Shown here: one piece after another, positions 17,162 through 26,600 of the stretch
Numbering within the stretch: the first letter of the stretch is position 1
Layout of the letters: each line of letters begins with the position of its first letter
NCBI GenBank assembly: GCA_023145375.1
Contig: JAGLDY010000013.1
Location: 26,868 to 90,867 of the forward strand
From: Candidatus Sabulitectum sp.
GTDB lineage: Bacteria; Fermentibacterota; Fermentibacteria; Fermentibacterales; JCC-6
Direction: 5' to 3'
DNA: 64,000 bases
Notes under the pieces: model-generated
What the model was told of the DNA's origin: nothing
Databases searched by the model: none
What the model saw: the letters and a program-made list of their open reading frames with translations, nothing else
Translations under genes and position numbers: made by a program

Positions 17162-19687
17162 ATGAAGAAAAAGCTGTCCACCATTCTGATGATCACTGCT
17201 ACTGTCTTTGTTGTTGGTTTCTGCAGTACCTACATGGCCAGGGAATTCACAAAAGCAGACAACTTCTCCCGTATGAGTGACATGTGGAGTCTATTCCTCT
17301 TCAATGATACCACTGAGCATGCTATGTTCCATGAAGTCAACCTGGACGATTTTGTAACTGCTCCCTACCCTGCCCGTGGTGATTCGCTGATCTCTGTGGG
17401 AGGATTGATCGCCTCCGAGAACAACTACTTCAGTCTGTTTGGAACCGAGACTCCCAGGGGGGAAGAGTACGAAATAGTATTCTCCCATGAAGATTCCCTT
17501 TACACCACAACCATTGCCACACACACAATTCCCACAGCACTGAAAGCTCAGGTATGGCTGATGATGATACTCCGGACACTGATAGTGTTCGGGTTGATCG
17601 CTGTAAGTTTGTGGGGATTCATTAAGCAGCCATACTCTTCAGCTGTACTTACACTGTCTCTGTTCTGCTTCACAGTGGCATTGCAGTTCACGGCTACAAT
17701 CGGGTCTATCGCTGATGCATACGCCGGTTTTACTCTACCCATGGCGCTTCTCGCCAGTGTCTATATACTATCCGCCTTTACAGCCCCTCTTTTTCTGAAA
17801 CTGCAACTGCTTTTCCCTGCCAGAAATCCTGTATACGATGAACACAGGATCATTTACAACCTGCTGATCTTTCTGCCTGTTGTAGTGGTTACCCTTCTGG
17901 TGCTCTTCCTGAAATTGGAACGATTCATCTGGGGTAATGCTATTTCATCTGTTATGCTTGTGCTTGGATATATTCTTCTTGTTCGCAACTATAAAAAAGC
18001 GAATGTATTCCTTGAAAAGCGTCAGACCAGGCTGGTTATGCTGGGGGCAGGCCCCGGTTTGATCATATACGTTCTATTCGGCTGGTTGCTACAGTTCTCA
18101 GGAGATAGTTTTTCAGATCTTCCAGTGGTCACAAGGATGCTCATCGGCAACATCCTCTTTCTAATCGTTCTCACCATTCCTGTTTCTCTTGGTTATGCTT
18201 TCGGAAAGTACAGGCTGCTTCATGTTGAAGGGCGTTTGAAGCGTGGAACCAGGTTCTTTGCTGTGAATTTTCTTCTTCTGGCTCTGTTTGCCGGTATCAT
18301 CTGGGCTGTTGGTAAATTTCTACTTGAAAAGATCGGAGTTAACTCACAGACACCGATATTGATACTTGGGATCGTACTCGCTTTCTTCTTCATGAGCCTT
18401 CAAAGACAGATCAGACACAGGATCGAAGAACACTTCTATCCTGAACGGGCCAAACTTCGGGTTTTGATGAAAGATTTCCTTACTTCAAGTATGGCTCGCA
18501 CTGAAAGCGCTAAATTCTGGGAAGAGCTTGAGGAAAAACTTGCAGACGGTCTTTCCGCAGAGAAGATCTACCCGGTTCTCAGGGTCAACGGTAAGGAATT
18601 CTTTACTGTGGACTTGGACGAACCTGCTCCCTTCTCCCCCGGTGACGCATTTATTCGCAGACTGGAATCAAAAGACAACCCGCTGCTCTTTGATGAGATG
18701 ATAGCCAGTGGTAAGATCGTACTGTCTTCAGAACAGAGAGAGTGGTTCATTGAACGAAAGAGCGCCATTCTGCTCCCCCTGGTAACAACATCCGGATTGT
18801 TAGGCTTCCTCGTGATAAGCAGTAAGACCAATGGAGAAGATTTTACAGCAGAGGAACTTGACCTCCTGGAGAGTTTCTCCACGCAGACAGCAATTGTCGC
18901 GGAGAATCTAGAACTTCTCGGGGAGAGGCTGGAGAAGGAAAAACTTGAAGAACAGCTGAAAGTTGCACGAAACATCCAGCAGGGTCTTCTTCCAGGAAAT
19001 ATTCCAGCGGTTCAAGGTATTGAGATGTCAGCTCTCATACGATTCTGCCTGGATGTGGCTGGAGATTACTACGATATCATACCCCTTGAAGACGGGCGGG
19101 TGGTCCTTTCTATAGGAGATGTCTCCGGCAAAGGTGTTGGCGCAGCACTGCTGATGGCTAACCTCCAGGCTTCCCTTCGGACTGCACAGGCAATGGGGGC
19201 AAGTCTGTCTGAATCTGCTGAGAGGATAAACAAGCTTGTTTTTGAAAACACACCTTCCGATATGTTCATAACCTTTTTCATGATCTGTATCGACCCTGTG
19301 AAGAAACGTCTCCGCTATGTAAATGCCGGTCACAACCCGCCATTCCTGGTCGAGAACGATGGTCATGAGAAAATGCTCACAAAAGGCGGGTTACTGTTCG
19401 GTGTTGTAAAAAATGCTCTATATGAAGAGGGTGAAGTATCCCTGAATGATGGGGACATGATCCTGATGTACACCGATGGTGTCTCCGAAGCCATGGACAG
19501 CAATGAAGAAGAATTCGGTGAGAAGCATATTGCTCATATTGTTGCCAGGAACCGGGAACTGTCACTGGATGAACTTCTTGCCCTTATTGAAAAAGAAGTC
19601 AGCATTTTCCACGGGTCGAGCTCTTACATGGATGACTTCACTCTGCTTGCTGCAAGGATAAAACCTGTAAGAATTGATCTTTCATAA
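17162..19687 (+). CDS. Polytopic membrane sensor with GAF-like region and PP2C/SpoIIE serine phosphatase domain
   Basis: ATG at 17162 follows GGGAGG (the ORF track GTG is at 17147). Many TM helices in the N-terminal half. The C-terminus has ARNIQQGLLP, GDYYD, GDVSGKGVGAALLMA, NAGHNPP and LYTDGVSEA. Confidence 0.8.
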   Translation: MKKKLSTILMITATVFVVGFCSTYMAREFTKADNFSRMSDMWSLFLFNDTTEHAMFHEVNLDDFVTAPYPARGDSLISVGGLIASENNYFSLFGTETPRGEEYEIVFSHEDSLYTTTIATHTIPTALKAQVWLMMILRTLIVFGLIAVSLWGFIKQPYSSAVLTLSLFCFTVALQFTATIGSIADAYAGFTLPMALLASVYILSAFTAPLFLKLQLLFPARNPVYDEHRIIYNLLIFLPVVVVTLLVLFLKLERFIWGNAISSVMLVLGYILLVRNYKKANVFLEKRQTRLVMLGAGPGLIIYVLFGWLLQFSGDSFSDLPVVTRMLIGNILFLIVLTIPVSLGYAFGKYRLLHVEGRLKRGTRFFAVNFLLLALFAGIIWAVGKFLLEKIGVNSQTPILILGIVLAFFFMSLQRQIRHRIEEHFYPERAKLRVLMKDFLTSSMARTESAKFWEELEEKLADGLSAEKIYPVLRVNGKEFFTVDLDEPAPFSPGDAFIRRLESKDNPLLFDEMIASGKIVLSSEQREWFIERKSAILLPLVTTSGLLGFLVISSKTNGEDFTAEELDLLESFSTQTAIVAENLELLGERLEKEKLEEQLKVARNIQQGLLPGNIPAVQGIEMSALIRFCLDVAGDYYDIIPLEDGRVVLSIGDVSGKGVGAALLMANLQASLRTAQAMGASLSESAERINKLVFENTPSDMFITFFMICIDPVKKRLRYVNAGHNPPFLVENDGHEKMLTKGGLLFGVVKNALYEEGEVSLNDGDMILMYTDGVSEAMDSNEEEFGEKHIAHIVARNRELSLDELLALIEKEVSIFHGSSSYMDDFTLLAARIKPVRIDLS

Positions 19688-20764
19688 CTAGAATTCGTAG
19701 TAATACAAACCTCTGCCGGCACTGAAAACTATTCCGCTTCCTGAATCGAGTACTCTTACTATGCTGTTCAATGACATATAGCCTGCAAGTGCGGTCATTT
19801 CCGTTGATTCTTCTTCTGCAAAGATCGACCAGTCAATGATTCCTGTACTTATGGTTTCTCCACCGTTCCTGGTGAACAGGTAGTTACCTTCCGATAACCT
19901 GCAGAGGATGATGAATGGCTCCTCCTGGTTTTCATAAACTACTCCGTCTGCACGTCGTACTACTTGTGTTCCATCAATCTCTGCAAGTCCCGCATCCGGC
20001 TCGATCCACTGCTCTATGATCACAGAAGTAAGTGCAGAGTCTTCGTAAACAGTGGAGAAAGTTGTCATGTCTGCAATTATTCCCAGAGGTTCAGAACCTG
20101 CAACAATAAGATCAGACCACCGGTTACTGATGAGACGGTCTTTGATAATACCATTGGTACTGAATCTGACTCCCACTTCCAGATCGACCACGTCATAGGG
20201 GCTGATAGAGCTGCTCTCATCTCCCAGATGGTAGGCAAAATACGATTCCGGATCCGAGTTACAGGGCAGGAAACCTGCTCCATACAGTAATCTGGAATCC
20301 ATTGTGAAGTCAAACGAAAGCTCTTCCCCGGAGTCTACTGTTACTCCTATCACCTTTGCATCCTCACCAAGAGAATTGCAGACGATGATGACAACCGGGT
20401 CCGGCATTGAAAGACCTACCTGCAACACACTGTCAGGTACGGCAACCTGCATTCCAATACAGATAAGGTTTCCATAAGAGTTGCTCTTTATAAACTTGAT
20501 CTCTCCGGGACCGTCCCATCCATCGTCTTCAGGTAGCCAGCCAATTGGAATGGGAATCGTGTTAAACGGGTCATCTATATTTACAGAGCTCAGTGAACCG
20601 ATGGAATTAACAAATACAATCGTACCCGGATCAGTCAGAACAAACTCTCCAAAGCTCGTGGAAAGTGAATCGGTAAGCATTACAGGCTGCGCTGAAACAA
20701 CAGAAACCAAAAGAACAACAGTGAGAATCAGAAAAAGCGGGTGCTTTGTTGAAAATCCTTCCAT
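19688..20764 (-). CDS. Hypothetical secreted protein
   Basis: I prefer the MEGFSTKHPLFLILTVVLLVSVVSAQ start, which is codon 38 of ORF 19688..20875. I recognise no family. Confidence 0.45.
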   Translation of the reverse strand: MEGFSTKHPLFLILTVVLLVSVVSAQPVMLTDSLSTSFGEFVLTDPGTIVFVNSIGSLSSVNIDDPFNTIPIPIGWLPEDDGWDGPGEIKFIKSNSYGNLICIGMQVAVPDSVLQVGLSMPDPVVIIVCNSLGEDAKVIGVTVDSGEELSFDFTMDSRLLYGAGFLPCNSDPESYFAYHLGDESSSISPYDVVDLEVGVRFSTNGIIKDRLISNRWSDLIVAGSEPLGIIADMTTFSTVYEDSALTSVIIEQWIEPDAGLAEIDGTQVVRRADGVVYENQEEPFIILCRLSEGNYLFTRNGGETISTGIIDWSIFAEEESTEMTALAGYMSLNSIVRVLDSGSGIVFSAGRGLYYYEF

Positions 20765-20950
20765 ATTGTTTTTCCTCTCCTTACAAGGAAAAAACCTTTC
20801 CCATGCAACAAATGCCATTCTGCAAGGAACCCGGCCCTGCGGGGAATCTGCTAACAGAAAAAAGCTGTGCCTCAATACTATAAGTGTTCCCTGCAGACGC
20901 AGGCAATATCAGCCAAAGCAAATAAGCTTACAACAGGTTCGCATGCTCCT

Positions 20951-22348
20951 TCACCTGCACAGAGGAATCTCCGGGCCGGACTCTCTCTTTTCTATCTTCC
21001 GTACAGCAGCCCTAAGCGCTGTTCTCACTCCCTCTTCGGTCACTGGATGATAGAAGTTAAGCTCCATCATTTCAAACACTGTAAGACCTTTCTGTATTGC
21101 CCAGGAGATGGAGTGGGCAATATGTTCTCCGTCTGGAATAGCCATTTCGGCACCTATGAGCTTACCTGTACTCTTCTCGGCATAAAGCCTGAGAAGACCG
21201 TGGTTTTGAAGCGCGATCATTGCCCTGGTCCCTCGTGCATAGTTCATTGCCCCTACAACGATATCATCCATGTTAAGATCAGTGTATTTTGAGCCCACCG
21301 CCGCAATGTTCGGATGGGTGAATACAATACCAATGCATGTTCTTCGGCAGTAACTCCGTATCTCATCTTTGATACTGTTAACTCCGGCTATATGACCATC
21401 ATCTGCGGCCTCCGCAAGAATAGGCATTCTTGTATTCACATCCCCGGCGATAAATACAGGCAACTCTCCCACCTGCATGGTGTGCTGGTTGAATTCAGGA
21501 ATTCCCATTCTGTTCAGTGGAACACCCAGGTTCTTCATGTGAAGACCCTCGGTGTTGGGCTTTCTTCCCACGGCAACAAGAACCTTGTCAACTGAAATCT
21601 CAAGATCGTCGGAGCGAACCAGAATCCTCTCCGGTCCGTCCTCTTCAAGGGTGACTTCGCTCTCAAGGTGTATTGCGAATTCTTTCCTCAGTATCTCAAT
21701 AGCCGACTGGGCAACCTTGGGATCGCTGATTCCTCCAACAGTGTCCAGGGTATCGAAACCTGTAACTTCTACCCCCAGGCGGCTGAATGCCTGAGCCATT
21801 TCCAATCCAATGGCTCCAAGACCCACCACAGCCAGGCTTTTGGGGAGGTCGTTCATCTCAAAAAGCGTTGAGCTGGTAATGATCCTCTCTCCGAAGTTCT
21901 TCCATGGTACCGGAACAACAGGAGTTGAACCTGTTGCTATGATCAAAGCCTTTGTTCTTATCTGCTCTCCGTTGACCTCAATAAGATCAGGAGAAAGGAT
22001 CTTCGCCCTGCCGGGAATGTTCTTATCTCCAAGGTTGTCTGTTGCCCGATTGACACCCTTGACAAGCTTGTCCCTGAGACTTCTTACCCTTCTAAGGACT
22101 GCCGGCCCGTCTACTTCCACAGATCCATTGAGCCTGAGACCCATTTCCTCAAAAAGATGTCTTTTATGGCAAATCTCTGCTGCTTCAATTAGCATCTTTG
22201 ACGGCATGCAACCGACCCTGGCGCATGTGGTGCCGTACGGGCCATCATTTATGATTACAAAGTTGTCTGTTCTTTTTCTTACCTGCCCCAGAGCAGAAAG
22301 CCCTGCGGTACCGGCACCTATTATTGCTACATCAACTTCTCTGGACAT
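20951..22348 (-). CDS. Class I pyridine nucleotide-disulfide oxidoreductase (dihydrolipoyl dehydrogenase-like)
   Basis: The FAD fold VAIIGAGTAGLSA is followed by the redox dithiol TCARVGCMPSK. A second GxGxxG is VVGLGAIGLE. No E1/E2 genes are adjacent. Confidence 0.7.
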   Translation of the reverse strand: MSREVDVAIIGAGTAGLSALGQVRKRTDNFVIINDGPYGTTCARVGCMPSKMLIEAAEICHKRHLFEEMGLRLNGSVEVDGPAVLRRVRSLRDKLVKGVNRATDNLGDKNIPGRAKILSPDLIEVNGEQIRTKALIIATGSTPVVPVPWKNFGERIITSSTLFEMNDLPKSLAVVGLGAIGLEMAQAFSRLGVEVTGFDTLDTVGGISDPKVAQSAIEILRKEFAIHLESEVTLEEDGPERILVRSDDLEISVDKVLVAVGRKPNTEGLHMKNLGVPLNRMGIPEFNQHTMQVGELPVFIAGDVNTRMPILAEAADDGHIAGVNSIKDEIRSYCRRTCIGIVFTHPNIAAVGSKYTDLNMDDIVVGAMNYARGTRAMIALQNHGLLRLYAEKSTGKLIGAEMAIPDGEHIAHSISWAIQKGLTVFEMMELNFYHPVTEEGVRTALRAAVRKIEKRESGPEIPLCR

Positions 22349-22396
22349 TCTGTTCCTTCCTTGTCATACCTGGTTCTGCCATTCTGGAGCACCATG

Positions 22397-23677
22397 TCAG
22401 GAGATCGCTACGCGGCCCTCGAGATGAACTTTCATGCAGTTGATCATGTTCATGTGATCAACTGTTCCAGCCATTTCACGGACGGAATGCATTGAGAGCA
22501 TGGGGTTGCCCACATCAACAGTGGGAATGCCTGTGCCGGTTGCAGCTATGGGCCCCAGAGTACCACCGCTTTTGCCATCTGCACGAGAAACGAATTTCTG
22601 AATGGGGCTCTCTGCAAGTTCAGCACACTTCATGAAGTAGGCGGAAGTTCTGGCTGTTGAAGCGTAACTGCCCCCTGCGGACATTTTGATAGCAGGGCCC
22701 TTGTTGAGCTGAGGTTTTGAGAGTTTGCTGTGTTTTCCTGCCCAGCCGGGGTGGATGGCATGAACGCAGTCAGCACTAACATTCATGCTTCGGCTGCAGG
22801 CTCTGAAGAAATTGGCTCTTGTACCGGAAATGCGTTCAAGAACCCTTTCCATGAATGGGGAGGCGGCTCCGTTAACAGTTCTGGAGCCTATCTCCTCATT
22901 GTCAAAGAGAAAAACAACAGCAGTGGGATCAGCTGATCCTGCTTCTGTGATGGCAGCCAGTGCAGCATGGGTGCTGGCCTGATTATCTATACCTGCTGAT
23001 ATGAGGTAGTTATTGTCTATCCCGTTTAACGCAGGTAGCTGGATGTCGAAAACCTCTCCGGAAAAATCGATGATCTGATCAACCTTGATCCCCACTGATT
23101 TCGCGATGATCACCTTGAGTCTGTCAAAATCATTCTCCTCATCACCGAATACAAGAAGAAGTTGCTCCTCTGCATTCGCCTTGAAGCCATCCTTGTTTGC
23201 CGTACGATTGAGGTGAATAGCAGGTGAAGGGAATCTCAGGATAGGTTCGTCTATTCTGAAGGTTTTTGTGGTAAGATCGTTGTTCTCCATGAAGGACACA
23301 CTTCCGGCAAGCCCCAGATCCCGGTCAAACCAGGTGGCAACAGTGGGACCACCGTATATCTCAACACCGAGTGTTGAAAGCCCTTCTGAGTAGGCATAAG
23401 GTTCAGGTTTCAGTCTGAAGCCGGGGGAATCTGTGTGGGTACCAATTATTCTGAAACCTGCTTCTGCCGCAGGTTTGACGCCGACGATAAAAGCAGCCAG
23501 AGTTGAAGCAGAATCGATCACATAACACTTGTCGCCGATGCTGAGCTTCCATTCATCTACCATATGAATCTCTTTGAAACCCTCTTTGTCGAGCAGTTCT
23601 GATGCAGTCTGCACACAGTGAGAAGCTGTAGGGGAATTCTTCAAGAATTCCATCAGTCCCTTTATATCCCTGTCCAT
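22397..23677 (-). CDS. M18 family (aspartyl) aminopeptidase
   Basis: The N-terminus FLKNSPTASHCV..., HTDSPGFRLKP and the C-terminal MLSMHSVREM are typical of M18. The start overlaps the upstream gene stop by 1 nt. Confidence 0.8.
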   Translation of the reverse strand: MDRDIKGLMEFLKNSPTASHCVQTASELLDKEGFKEIHMVDEWKLSIGDKCYVIDSASTLAAFIVGVKPAAEAGFRIIGTHTDSPGFRLKPEPYAYSEGLSTLGVEIYGGPTVATWFDRDLGLAGSVSFMENNDLTTKTFRIDEPILRFPSPAIHLNRTANKDGFKANAEEQLLLVFGDEENDFDRLKVIIAKSVGIKVDQIIDFSGEVFDIQLPALNGIDNNYLISAGIDNQASTHAALAAITEAGSADPTAVVFLFDNEEIGSRTVNGAASPFMERVLERISGTRANFFRACSRSMNVSADCVHAIHPGWAGKHSKLSKPQLNKGPAIKMSAGGSYASTARTSAYFMKCAELAESPIQKFVSRADGKSGGTLGPIAATGTGIPTVDVGNPMLSMHSVREMAGTVDHMNMINCMKVHLEGRVAIS

Positions 23678-26600
23678 TATCTATTCCCTTCCTTTTGCCC
23701 TCTTTTACCATGATGAAGTCTGCGGACCTGATCCATGAATGCTTCGAATCTTGATGTATTATCGGTATCCTCCTGGCCGTCAAATGCAAGGTTCAGCCAT
23801 GGAAGACCCGGTTTATCACGCTTTATTCTTCTCGATATAGCAGAGACAATAGTGCCTGGGAGACAGTTGAAGGGGTATATATTAACTGCACCATCAATAC
23901 CACCGTGTTCCAGAAGTGCAATGGGGGCACCTATACTGAGAACAGCTTCCCCACCGATGTTCTCAGCCATATACGGTGCGGAAGCTTTCATCACCTGTGA
24001 AGCTGAGACATGAGGCGTGCCCTCCAGAAGGGTATCAAAAGGCTTCTCTACCGCCCTCTTTACCTTGGTTATAACCATGCCGATAGCTTTTCCCTTGATC
24101 ACTGAAGCGGTCTTCCTCTTCTGTTTTGACTTTTCTATGTAGCTGTGATTCACATAGTCAAACCATTCGGTAAGAGGGGTATAGATCACCTCTGCTCCCA
24201 GGTCTTCCAGCTTCCTTATGGTATTGTCGTTGGCGTAATCATCGTTTCGTACATAGATCTCTCCAAAAACCGCAACCAGGGGTTTTCTCGGTGTATCTTT
24301 CCTGGAAAATTTCATGAATTCTGCAGCAGCTTTTTTAACCTGCGCAGGAAGGGATCTGCCTTCCTCAAGAGCTTTCTCGAACTCCCCCAGCCACTTGCTG
24401 AAAAGAGCATCTGCGCTTCCTGGGGTTGCTTCATAGGGACGGATCCTGAGAAGGGCCCGTTTCAGGATATCAGCTGCTGCAAGACTCTGAAGTAGATCCT
24501 TCTGAAACTTTTTTGAGCCAAGCCCTGGAATGTTTGAATATGAGTCACTTGAAGTTGCTGTAAGCACCGGAACATTCGTGTAGCCCTTCTTCTCCAGAAC
24601 CTGTCTCTGGAAGTTACAGTACCTGCCAAACCTGCAAGGCCCTGAAGCAGTAGCCATGAAGAACGCGGACTTCTCCGGTTTTCCAGTCTCCAGTATTTTC
24701 AGCATGCTCCCCACGGTAATTATGGCGGGATAGCATTCTCTTCCTGTTGTTACCGTTCGACCAAGTGCAACAGTTTCAGATGTCGTTGGCGGAATGACCC
24801 TTGCATCCAGTCCACGATTTCTCACAGCTGCTGCTGCAAGGTAGCTTGCTTCACTCATCAGGGGGATCCAGAGAGTTCTTCCAGTTATATCTTCCTTCTT
24901 GACCTCAGGGGGCTCATAAGTTTCCGTACCAGAGGTTCCTGCACCGTCAAGAGCGTCCAGGAATGCTTCACATCTGGTAATAACGCCTGCATCAGCAGCA
25001 TGTTCATCGATCTCGATGGCAAGGTATGGCTTCTCCCCCATTATCTCTTTAAATGAATGCTCTATGAAGGAATCCGGACCGCATCCAAAATTACTGATAT
25101 ACACCGCATGAAGGTTCTCATTTTCCTTGATGGCTATGCCACCGGCCAGTATCCTCTGACCGTAGTGCCAGTACATGTTGCTGTATCCCTCTGAAGCTCT
25201 TTCCATGGACATAGGGAGCAGATCAAGAGGAATGACAACTCCGCCTAGTTTTGCAAGTTTTGCCGGAAGGTCAGTGTTCACCACAGGATCAGAACCATTG
25301 TACGGTCTGCTGACAATAACAAAACCTCTCCGGCCGTTGAGATTACGGATGGCTCTTGCGCCGATCTCCCAGTTAACCTCTGTGAACTTTGTCTGGGCAA
25401 GTTCAGCAGCCTTCAAGGCCCTTTTGGCGTCACCGGTACTGAATCCCAGTTCTACGGCTGTTTCAATAAGCGTACTCATCCATTCATCACCTGGCAGCGA
25501 GAAATCAAGGACAGGTTTGAGAACTTTTACATCAGTCATCTGGTTCAGCACAAGTCCTGCATCGAGAATGTAAGGAGATCCCTGTATGTAAGGACAGTTG
25601 TAGGACTCGGTGAAATCACCTTGAGGTTTATTTCTTAAAATGGAAGGGAGAAAAAGAGTCTTAACACCCTTCTCCAGAAGTTCCATAACATGACCGTGGG
25701 CTATTTTTACAGGAAAACATGTTTCAGCGGCAACGCTCTCCACGCCTGAATGTACCGTGGAGGCTGTAGATTTGCCGCTTACAACAACCCTGCACCCGAG
25801 GGACCTGAAGAATGTGCCGAAGAATGGAAACAACTCCCAGAACCACAGAGATCTGGCAATGCCCACTACGGGTCCCTTTCCCCATTCATCCCCGGAACAG
25901 TTGAAAAGATTCTCCACTCTCTCCTTGAAAAGATTCTCACCACCTGGCGTTGTCTGCATTGAGCCGGTCTCATACTTTTCGCACCGGCCTCCGTAGAGGA
26001 GCTTTGTACCGTCCTCCAGGGTCACTCTGTGGATCTCGCAGTTATTTGAACAGGCTTTACATATAAATGAATCCTGTGTGTAGCTATTTTCAGAAAGGCT
26101 CCATCCCCGGAAGGTGGATACCTGGCCTTCCTTCATAAAATCCCGTGCCATTAAGGCAACACCAATGGCACCTGTAACGTCATGATGAGGAGGCAGAATA
26201 ACTTCTCTTCCCTCTCCCAGAACAGCGTTAAAGGCTGCTACAACACCCTGGTTATGTGCAGTACCCCCCTGGAAGAAAATCTTTTTACCAATTTTCCTCT
26301 CACCCACAACACGGTGCAGGTAGTTCCTGACAATGGAATAGCAGAGTCCTGAGGTTATCTGCTCTACCGGCGTACTTACAGCCTGATGAGAGACCACATC
26401 ACTCTCCATGAAAACTGTACACCGCTCACCCAGTCGGCAGGGTTCTGCTGCTGACAGTGCCATGGGCCCGAAGTCCTCTATCTCTATGTTAAGTTTCTCC
26501 GCCTGCTCTTCCAGAAAGGACCCTGTACCAGCTGCGCAGACCTTGTTCATCTCAAAATCAACAACACGACCTTTGTAAATGGAGATGTACTTTGAATCCT

